Part shown: positions 1 through 11,100 of the stretch, one piece after another
Layout: each line of letters begins with the position of its first letter
Numbering within the stretch: position 1 is the stretch's first letter
From: Auanema rhodensis
Taxonomy: Eukaryota > Animalia > Nematoda
Length of the DNA stretch: 64,000 bases
Assembly (NCBI GenBank): GCA_964057225.1
Contig: OZ059894.1
Span: 24,304,001 to 24,368,000 of the forward strand
Direction: 5' to 3'
Notes under the pieces: model-generated
The model's input: the letters and a program-made list of their open reading frames with translations, nothing else
Told to the model about the DNA's origin: nothing
Databases searched by the model: none
Program-made: the position numbers and the translations under genes

Positions 1-18
1 TTATGCTAATTAAATGTA

Positions 19-58
19 CACGTGATGTGCACTTGGTATGTAACTCGCTTCACGTGAA
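19..58. other. Two perfect CACGTG (E-box/G-box-type) motifs per monomer (19-24 and 51-56, the second within palindrome TTCACGTGAA) plus a TACGTG at 162-167; repeated in nearly every monomer
   Basis: Direct motif match. No evidence of binding or function. Confidence 0.6.
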
Positions 59-136
59 AGATGAAGAGATGCGGTTTTCAAAATTAGATTCCCTATGTCC
101 ATATTAGTCTAAAAACAAATTTTTATTGATATTGGT

Positions 137-151
137 TCATGGTAACCATGA
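137..151. other. 15-bp interrupted palindrome TCATGGT-A-ACCATGA in each monomer (13 bp in G137 monomers)
   Basis: Direct reading: 7-bp arms around a central A, containing a BstEII site (GGTNACC). Confidence 0.85.
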
Positions 152-3100
152 CTTTGAAATTTACGTGAACTTTAATTTATGCTAATTAAATGTACACGTG
201 ATGGGCACTTGGTATGTAACTCGCTTCACGTGAAAGATAAAGAGATGCGGTTTTCAAAATTAGATTCCCCATGTCCATATTAGTCTAAAAACAAATTTTT
301 ATTGATATTGGTGCATGGTAACCATGACTTTGAAATTTACGTGAACTTTAATTTATGCTAATTAAATGTACACGTGATGTGCACTTGGTATGTAACTCGC
401 TTCACGTGAAAGATAAAGAGATGCGGTTTTCAAAATTAGATTCCCCATGTCCATTTTAGTCTAAAAACAAATTTTTATCGATATTGGTTCATGGTAACCA
501 TGACTTTGAAATTTACGTGAACTTTAATTTATGCTAATTAAATGTACACGTGATGTGCACTTGGTATGTAACTCGCTTCACGTGAAAGATGAAGAGATGC
601 GGTTTTCAAAATTAGATTCCCCATGTCCATATTAGTCTAAAAACAAATTTTTATTGATATTGGTTCATGGTAACCATGACTTTGAAATTTACGTGAACTT
701 CAATTTATGCTAATTAAATGTACACGTGATGTGCACTTGGTATGTAACTCGCTTCACGTGAAAGATGAAGAGATGCGGTTTTCAAAATTAGATTCCCTAT
801 GTCCATATTAGTCTAAAAACAAATTTTTATTGATATTGGTTCATGGTAACCATGACTTTGAAATTTACGTGAACTTTAATTTATGCTAATTAAATGTACA
901 CGTGATGGGCACTTGGTATGTAACTCGCTTCACGTGAAAGATAAAGAGATGCGGTTTTCAAAATTAGATTCCCCATGTCCATATTAGTCTAAAAACAAAT
1001 TTTTATTGATATTGGTGCATGGTAACCATGACTTTGAAATTTACGTGAACTTTAATTTATGCTAATTAAATGTACACGTGATGTGCACTTGGTATGTAAC
1101 TCGCTTCACGTGAAAGATAAAGAGATGCGGTTTTCAAAATTAGATTCCCCATGTCCATTTTAGTCTAAAAACAAATTTTTATCGATATTGGTTCATGGTA
1201 ACCATGACTTTGAAATTTACGTGAACTTTAATTTATGCTAATTAAATGTACACGTGATGTGCACTTGGTATGTAACTCGCTTCACGTGAAAGATGAAGAG
1301 ATGCGGTTTTCAAAATTAGATTCCCCATGTCCATATTAGTCTAAAAACAAATTTTTATTGATATTGGTTCATGGTAACCATGACTTTGAAATTTACGTGA
1401 ACTTTAATTTATGCTAATTAAATGTACACGTGATGTGCACTTGGTATGTAACTCGCTTCACGTGAAAGATAAAGAGATGCGGTTTTCAAAATTAGATTCC
1501 CCATGTCCATATTAGTCTAAAAACAAATTTTTATTGATATTGGTGCATGGTAACCATGACTTTGAAATTTACGTGAACTTTAATTTATGCTAATTAAATG
1601 TACACGTGATGTGCCCTCGGTATGTAACTCGCTTCACGTGAAAGATAAAGAGATGCGGTTTTCAAAATTAGATTCCCCATGTCCATATTAGTTTAAAAAC
1701 AAATTTTTATTGATATTGGTGCATGGTAACCATGACTTTGAAATTTACGTGAACTTCAATTTATGCTAATTAAATGTACACGTGATGTGCACTTGGTATG
1801 TAACTCGCTTCACGTGAAAGATGAAGAGATGCGGTTTTCAAAATTAGATTCCCTATGTCCATATTAGTCTAAAAACAAATTTTTATTGATATTGGTTCAT
1901 GGTAACCATGACTTTGAAATTTACGTGAACTTTAATTTATGCTAATTAAATGTACACGTGATGTGCACTTGGTATGTAACTCGCTTCACGTGAAAGATAA
2001 AGAGATGCGGTTTTCAAAATTAGATTCCCCATGTCCATATTAGTCTAAAAACAAATTTTTATTGATATTGGTTCATGGTAACCATGACTTTGAAATTTAC
2101 GTGAACTTCAATTTATGCTAATTAAATGTACACGTGATGTGCACTTGGTATGTAACTCGCTTCACGTGAAAGATAAAAAGATGCGGTTTTCAAAATTAGA
2201 TTCCCCATGTCCATATTAGTCTAAAAACAAATTTTTATTGATATTGGTGCATGGTAACCATGACTTTGAAATTTACGTGAACTTTAATTTATGCTAATTA
2301 AATGTACACGTGATGTGCACTTGGTATGTAACTCGCTTCACGTGAAAGATAAAGAGATGCGGTTTTCAAAATTAGATTCCCCATGTCCATATTAGTCTAA
2401 AAACAAATTTTTATTGATATTGGTTCATGGTAACCATGACTTTGAAATTTACGTGAACTTTAATTTATGCTAATTAAATGTACACGTGATGTGCACTTGG
2501 TATGTAACTCGCTTCACGTGAAAGATAAAGAGATGCGGTTTTCAAAATTAGATTCCCCATGTCCATATTAGTCTAAAAACAAATTTTTATTGATATTGGT
2601 TCATGGTAACCATGACTTTGAAATTTACGTGAACTTTAATTTATGCTAATTAAATGTACACGTGATGTGCACTTGGTATGTAACTCGCTTCACGTGAAAG
2701 ATAAAGAGATGCGGTTTTCAAAATTAGATTCCCCATGTCCATATTAGTCTAAAAACAAATTTTTATTGATATTGGTGCATGGTAACCATGACTTTGAAAT
2801 TTACGTGAACTTTAATTTATGCTAATTAAATGTACACGTGATGTGCCCTTGGTATGTAACTCGCTTCACGTGAAAGATAAAGAGATGCGGTTTTCAAAAT
2901 TAGATTCCCCATGTCCATATTAGTCTAAAAACAAATTTTTATTGATATTGGTGCATGGTAACCATGACTTTGAAATTTACGTGAACTTTAATTTATGCTA
3001 ATTAAATGTACACGTGATGTGCACTTGGTATGTAACTCGCTTCACGTGAAAGATAAAGAGATGCGGTTTTCAAAATTAGATTCCCCATGTCCATATTAGT

Positions 3101-4400
3101 CTAAAAACAAATTTTTATTGATATTGGTGCATGGTAACCATGACTTTGAAATTTACGTGAACTTTAATTTATGCTAATTAAATGTACACGTGATGTGCAC
3201 TTGGTATGTAACTCGCTTCACGTGAAAGATAAAGAGATGCGGTTTTCAAAATTAAATTTCCCATGTCCATATTAGTCTAAAAACAAATTTTTATTGATAT
3301 TGGTGCATGGTAACCATGACTTTGAAATTTACGTGAACTTTAATTTATGCTAATTAAATGTACACGTGATGTGCACTTGGTATGTAACTCGCTTCACGTG
3401 AAAGATAAAGAGATGCGGTTTTCAAAATTAGATTCCCCATGTCCATATTAGTCTAAAAACAAATTTTTATTGATATTGGTTCATGGTAACCATGACTTTG
3501 AAATTTACGTGAACTTTAATTTATGCTAATTAAATGTACACGTGATGTGCACTTGGTATGTAACTCGCTTCACGTGAAAGATAAAGAGATGCGGTTTTCA
3601 AAATTAGATTCCCCCTGTCCATATTAGTCTAAAAACAAATTTTTATTGATATTGGTTCATGGTAACCATGACTTTGAAATTTACGTGAACTTTAATTTAT
3701 GCTAATTAAATGTACACGTGATGTGCACTTGGTATGTAACTCGCTTCACGTGAAAGATAAAGAGATGCGGTTTTCAAAATTAGATTCCTCATGTCCATAT
3801 TAGTCTAAAAACAAATTTTTATTGATATTGGTTCATGGTAACCATGACTTTGAAATTTACGTGAACTTCAATTTATGCTAATTAAATGTACAAGTGATGT
3901 GCACTTGGTATGTAACTCGCTTCACGTGAAAGATGAAGAGATGCGGTTTTCAAAATTAGATTTCCTATGTCCATATTAGTCTAAAAACAAATTTTTATTG
4001 ATATTGGTTCATGGTAACCATGACTTTGAAATTTACGTGAACTTTAATTTATGCTAATTAAATGTACACGTGATGTGCACTTGGTATGTAACTCGCTTCA
4101 CGTGAAAGATGAAGAGATGCGGTTTTCAAAATTAGATTCCCTATGTCCATATTAGTCTAAAAACAAATTTTTATTGATATTGGTTCATGGTAACCATGAC
4201 TTTGAAATTTACGTGAACTTTAATTTATGCTAATTAAATGTACACGTGATGGGCACTTGGTATGTAACTCGCTTCACGTGAAAGATAAAGAGATGCGGTT
4301 TTCAAAATTAGATTCCCCATGTCCATATTAGTCTAAAAACAAATTTTTATTGATATTGGTGCATGGTAACCATGACTTTGAAATTTACGTGAACTTTAAT

Positions 4401-5104
4401 TTATGCTAATTAAATGTACACGTGATGTGCACTTGGTATGTAACTCGCTTCACGTGAAAGATAAAGAGATGCGGTTTTCAAAATTACATTCCCCATGTCC
4501 ATATTAGTCTAAAAACAAATTTTTATCGATATTGGTTCATGGTAACCATGACTTTGAAATTTACGTGAACTTTAATTTATGCTAATTAAATGTACACGTG
4601 ATGTGCACTTGGTATGTAACTCGCTTCACGTGAAAGATGAAGAGATGCGGTTTTCAAAATTAGATTCCCCATGTCCATATTAGTCTAAAAACAAATTTTT
4701 ATTGATATTGGTGCATGGTAACCATGACTTTGAAATTTACGTGAACTTTAATTTATGCTAATTAAATGTACACGTGATGTGCACTTGGTATGTAACTCGC
4801 TTCACGTGAAAGATAAAGAGATGCGGTTTTCAAAATTACATTCCCCATGTCCATATTAGTCTAAAAACAAATTTTTATCGATATTGGTTCATGGTAACCA
4901 TGACTTTGAAATTTACGTGAACTTTAATTTATGCTAATTAAATGTACACGTGATGTGCACTTGGTATGTAACTCGCTTCACGTGAAAGATGAAGAGATGC
5001 GGTTTTCAAAATTAGATTCCCCATGTCCATATTAGTCTAAAAACAAATTTTTATTGATATTGGTTCATGGTAACCATGACTTTGAAATTTACGTGAACTT
5101 TAAT
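4401..5104. repeat. 2-monomer (352 bp) unit x2, nested in the 29-mer (also 9505-10208)
   Basis: The pattern [C87+C127][G63] occurs twice, with TTACATT and ATCGAT variants 352 bp apart. Confidence 0.8.
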
Positions 5105-8100
5105 TTATGCTAATTAAATGTACACGTGATGTGCACTTGGTATGTAACTCGCTTCACGTGAAAGATAAAGAGATGCGTTTTTCAAAATTAGATTCCCTAT
5201 GTCCATATTAGTCTAAAAACAAATTTTTATTGATATTGGTTCATGGTAACCATGACTTTGAAATTTACGTGAACTTTAATTTATGCTAATTAAATGTACA
5301 CGTGATGGGCACTTGGTATGTAACTCGCTTCACGTGAAAGATAAAGAGATGCGGTTTTCAAAATTAGATTCCCCATGTCCATATTAGTCTAAAAACAAAT
5401 TTTTATTGATATTGGTGCATGGTAACCATGACTTTGAAATTTACGTGAACTTTAATTTATGCTAATTAAATGTACACGTGATGTGCACTTGGTATGTAAC
5501 TCGCTTCACGTGAAAGATAAAGAGATGCGGTTTTCAAAATTAGATTCCCCATGTCCATTTTAGTCTAAAAACAAATTTTTATCGATATTGGTTCATGGTA
5601 ACCATGACTTTGAAATTTACGTGAACTTTAATTTATGCTAATTAAATGTACACGTGATGTGCACTTGGTATGTAACTCGCTTCACGTGAAAGATGAAGAG
5701 ATGCGGTTTTCAAAATTAGATTCCCCATGTCCATATTAGTCTAAAAACAAATTTTTATTGATATTGGTTCATGGTAACCATGACTTTGAAATTTACGTGA
5801 ACTTCAATTTATGCTAATTAAATGTACACGTGATGTGCACTTGGTATGTAACTCGCTTCACGTGAAAGATGAAGAGATGCGGTTTTCAAAATTAGATTCC
5901 CTATGTCCATATTAGTCTAAAAACAAATTTTTATTGATATTGGTTCATGGTAACCATGACTTTGAAATTTACGTGAACTTTAATTTATGCTAATTAAATG
6001 TACACGTGATGGGCACTTGGTATGTAACTCGCTTCACGTGAAAGATAAAGAGATGCGGTTTTCAAAATTAGATTCCCCATGTCCATATTAGTCTAAAAAC
6101 AAATTTTTATTGATATTGGTGCATGGTAACCATGACTTTGAAATTTACGTGAACTTTAATTTATGCTAATTAAATGTACACGTGATGTGCACTTGGTATG
6201 TAACTCGCTTCACGTGAAAGATAAAGAGATGCGGTTTTCAAAATTAGATTCCCCATGTCCATTTTAGTCTAAAAACAAATTTTTATCGATATTGGTTCAT
6301 GGTAACCATGACTTTGAAATTTACGTGAACTTTAATTTATGCTAATTAAATGTACACGTGATGTGCACTTGGTATGTAACTCGCTTCACGTGAAAGATGA
6401 AGAGATGCGGTTTTCAAAATTAGATTCCCCATGTCCATATTAGTCTAAAAACAAATTTTTATTGATATTGGTTCATGGTAACCATGACTTTGAAATTTAC
6501 GTGAACTTTAATTTATGCTAATTAAATGTACACGTGATGTGCACTTGGTATGTAACTCGCTTCACGTGAAAGATAAAGAGATGCGGTTTTCAAAATTAGA
6601 TTCCCCATGTCCATATTAGTCTAAAAACAAATTTTTATTGATATTGGTGCATGGTAACCATGACTTTGAAATTTACGTGAACTTTAATTTATGCTAATTA
6701 AATGTACACGTGATGTGCCCTCGGTATGTAACTCGCTTCACGTGAAAGATAAAGAGATGCGGTTTTCAAAATTAGATTCCCCATGTCCATATTAGTTTAA
6801 AAACAAATTTTTATTGATATTGGTGCATGGTAACCATGACTTTGAAATTTACGTGAACTTCAATTTATGCTAATTAAATGTACACGTGATGTGCACTTGG
6901 TATGTAACTCGCTTCACGTGAAAGATGAAGAGATGCGGTTTTCAAAATTAGATTCCCTATGTCCATATTAGTCTAAAAACAAATTTTTATTGATATTGGT
7001 TCATGGTAACCATGACTTTGAAATTTACGTGAACTTTAATTTATGCTAATTAAATGTACACGTGATGTGCACTTGGTATGTAACTCGCTTCACGTGAAAG
7101 ATAAAGAGATGCGGTTTTCAAAATTAGATTCCCCATGTCCATATTAGTCTAAAAACAAATTTTTATTGATATTGGTTCATGGTAACCATGACTTTGAAAT
7201 TTACGTGAACTTCAATTTATGCTAATTAAATGTACACGTGATGTGCACTTGGTATGTAACTCGCTTCACGTGAAAGATAAAAAGATGCGGTTTTCAAAAT
7301 TAGATTCCCCATGTCCATATTAGTCTAAAAACAAATTTTTATTGATATTGGTGCATGGTAACCATGACTTTGAAATTTACGTGAACTTTAATTTATGCTA
7401 ATTAAATGTACACGTGATGTGCACTTGGTATGTAACTCGCTTCACGTGAAAGATAAAGAGATGCGGTTTTCAAAATTAGATTCCCCATGTCCATATTAGT
7501 CTAAAAACAAATTTTTATTGATATTGGTTCATGGTAACCATGACTTTGAAATTTACGTGAACTTTAATTTATGCTAATTAAATGTACACGTGATGTGCAC
7601 TTGGTATGTAACTCGCTTCACGTGAAAGATAAAGAGATGCGGTTTTCAAAATTAGATTCCCCATGTCCATATTAGTCTAAAAACAAATTTTTATTGATAT
7701 TGGTTCATGGTAACCATGACTTTGAAATTTACGTGAACTTTAATTTATGCTAATTAAATGTACACGTGATGTGCACTTGGTATGTAACTCGCTTCACGTG
7801 AAAGATAAAGAGATGCGGTTTTCAAAATTAGATTCCCCATGTCCATATTAGTCTAAAAACAAATTTTTATTGATATTGGTGCATGGTAACCATGACTTTG
7901 AAATTTACGTGAACTTTAATTTATGCTAATTAAATGTACACGTGATGTGCCCTTGGTATGTAACTCGCTTCACGTGAAAGATAAAGAGATGCGGTTTTCA
8001 AAATTAGATTCCCCATGTCCATATTAGTCTAAAAACAAATTTTTATTGATATTGGTGCATGGTAACCATGACTTTGAAATTTACGTGAACTTTAATTTAT

Positions 8101-11100
8101 GCTAATTAAATGTACACGTGATGTGCACTTGGTATGTAACTCGCTTCACGTGAAAGATAAAGAGATGCGGTTTTCAAAATTAGATTCCCCATGTCCATAT
8201 TAGTCTAAAAACAAATTTTTATTGATATTGGTGCATGGTAACCATGACTTTGAAATTTACGTGAACTTTAATTTATGCTAATTAAATGTACACGTGATGT
8301 GCACTTGGTATGTAACTCGCTTCACGTGAAAGATAAAGAGATGCGGTTTTCAAAATTAAATTTCCCATGTCCATATTAGTCTAAAAACAAATTTTTATTG
8401 ATATTGGTGCATGGTAACCATGACTTTGAAATTTACGTGAACTTTAATTTATGCTAATTAAATGTACACGTGATGTGCACTTGGTATGTAACTCGCTTCA
8501 CGTGAAAGATAAAGAGATGCGGTTTTCAAAATTAGATTCCCCATGTCCATATTAGTCTAAAAACAAATTTTTATTGATATTGGTTCATGGTAACCATGAC
8601 TTTGAAATTTACGTGAACTTTAATTTATGCTAATTAAATGTACACGTGATGTGCACTTGGTATGTAACTCGCTTCACGTGAAAGATAAAGAGATGCGGTT
8701 TTCAAAATTAGATTCCCCCTGTCCATATTAGTCTAAAAACAAATTTTTATTGATATTGGTTCATGGTAACCATGACTTTGAAATTTACGTGAACTTTAAT
8801 TTATGCTAATTAAATGTACACGTGATGTGCACTTGGTATGTAACTCGCTTCACGTGAAAGATAAAGAGATGCGGTTTTCAAAATTAGATTCCTCATGTCC
8901 ATATTAGTCTAAAAACAAATTTTTATTGATATTGGTTCATGGTAACCATGACTTTGAAATTTACGTGAACTTCAATTTATGCTAATTAAATGTACAAGTG
9001 ATGTGCACTTGGTATGTAACTCGCTTCACGTGAAAGATGAAGAGATGCGGTTTTCAAAATTAGATTTCCTATGTCCATATTAGTCTAAAAACAAATTTTT
9101 ATTGATATTGGTTCATGGTAACCATGACTTTGAAATTTACGTGAACTTTAATTTATGCTAATTAAATGTACACGTGATGTGCACTTGGTATGTAACTCGC
9201 TTCACGTGAAAGATGAAGAGATGCGGTTTTCAAAATTAGATTCCCTATGTCCATATTAGTCTAAAAACAAATTTTTATTGATATTGGTTCATGGTAACCA
9301 TGACTTTGAAATTTACGTGAACTTTAATTTATGCTAATTAAATGTACACGTGATGGGCACTTGGTATGTAACTCGCTTCACGTGAAAGATAAAGAGATGC
9401 GGTTTTCAAAATTACATTCCCCATGTCCATATTAGTCTAAAAACAAATTTTTATTGATATTGGTGCATGGTAACCATGACTTTGAAATTTACGTGAACTT
9501 TAATTTATGCTAATTAAATGTACACGTGATGTGCACTTGGTATGTAACTCGCTTCACGTGAAAGATAAAGAGATGCGGTTTTCAAAATTACATTCCCCAT
9601 GTCCATATTAGTCTAAAAACAAATTTTTATCGATATTGGTTCATGGTAACCATGACTTTGAAATTTACGTGAACTTTAATTTATGCTAATTAAATGTACA
9701 CGTGATGTGCACTTGGTATGTAACTCGCTTCACGTGAAAGATGAAGAGATGCGGTTTTCAAAATTAGATTCCCCATGTCCATATTAGTCTAAAAACAAAT
9801 TTTTATTGATATTGGTGCATGGTAACCATGACTTTGAAATTTACGTGAACTTTAATTTATGCTAATTAAATGTACACGTGATGTGCACTTGGTATGTAAC
9901 TCGCTTCACGTGAAAGATAAAGAGATGCGGTTTTCAAAATTACATTCCCCATGTCCATATTAGTCTAAAAACAAATTTTTATCGATATTGGTTCATGGTA
10001 ACCATGACTTTGAAATTTACGTGAACTTTAATTTATGCTAATTAAATGTACACGTGATGTGCACTTGGTATGTAACTCGCTTCACGTGAAAGATGAAGAG
10101 ATGCGGTTTTCAAAATTAGATTCCCCATGTCCATATTAGTCTAAAAACAAATTTTTATTGATATTGGTTCATGGTAACCATGACTTTGAAATTTACGTGA
10201 ACTTTAATTTATGCTAATTAAATGTACACGTGATGTGCACTTGGTATGTAACTCGCTTCACGTGAAAGATAAAGAGATGCGTTTTTCAAAATTAGATTCC
10301 CCATGTCCATATTAGTCTAAAAACAAATTTTTATTGATATTGGTTCATGGTAACCATGACTTTGAAATTTACGTGAACTTCAATTTATGCTAATTAAATG
10401 TACACGTGATGTGCACTTGGTATGTAACTCGCTTCACGTGAAAGATGAAGAGATGCGGTTTTCAAAATTAGATTCCCTATGTCCATATTAGTCTAAAAAC
10501 AAATTTTTATTGATATTGGTTCATGGTAACCATGACTTTGAAATTTACGTGAACTTTAATTTATGCTAATTAAATGTACACGTGATGGGCACTTGGTATG
10601 TAACTCGCTTCACGTGAAAGATAAAGAGATGCGGTTTTCAAAATTAGATTCCCCATGTCCATATTAGTCTAAAAACAAATTTTTATTGATATTGGTGCAT
10701 GGTAACCATGACTTTGAAATTTACGTGAACTTTAATTTATGCTAATTAAATGTACACGTGATGTGCACTTGGTATGTAACTCGCTTCACGTGAAAGATAA
10801 AGAGATGCGGTTTTCAAAATTAGATTCCCCATGTCCATATTAGTCTAAAAACAAATTTTTATCGATATTGGTTCATGGTAACCATGACTTTGAAATTTAC
10901 GTGAACTTTAATTTATGCTAATTAAATGTACACGTGATGTGCACTTGGTATGTAACTCGCTTCACGTGAAAGATAAAGAGATGCGGTTTTCAAAATTAGA
11001 TTCCCCATGTCCATATTAGTCTAAAAACAAATTTTTATTGATATTGGTGCATGGTAACCATGACTTTGAAATTTACGTGAACTTTAATTTATGCTAATTA

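Larger units (their letters stand above)
1..1408. repeat. 4-monomer (704 bp) higher-order unit x2, nested in the 29-mer (repeated again at ~5198-6512)
   Basis: The pattern [G63+T94][G28+G137][T103+C127][G63] occurs twice in succession. Confidence 0.85.
75..10300. repeat. 29-monomer (5104 bp) tandem segmental duplication, 2 copies
   Basis: Rare variants recur at a 5104-bp offset: GTGCCCTCGG 1611/6715, A21 (ACAAGTG) 3893/8997, T74 5178/10282. The order of variant monomers 2-30 matches monomers 31-59. Confidence 0.93.

Noticed and set aside
1-176. Identity with known satellites of similar length (Brassica CentBr 176 bp, Arabidopsis CEN178, honeybee AluI 176 bp, primate alpha satellite)
   Set aside because: Only the length is similar. 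The consensus has no AAGCTT or AGCT site and no CENP-B box core (TTCG....A..CGGG), and it does not resemble those sequences as I recall them. A database search is still needed.
1-176. Tandem 5S rRNA, tRNA, snRNA or spliced-leader gene array
   Set aside because: No recognisable 5S, tRNA cloverleaf, Pol III box or snRNA sequence on either strand.
19-176. Budding-yeast point centromere (CDEI-CDEII-CDEIII)
   Set aside because: An 8-bp CDEI-like match exists, but there is no >90% AT CDEII tract or CDEIII CCGAA core, and point centromeres are not tandem arrays.
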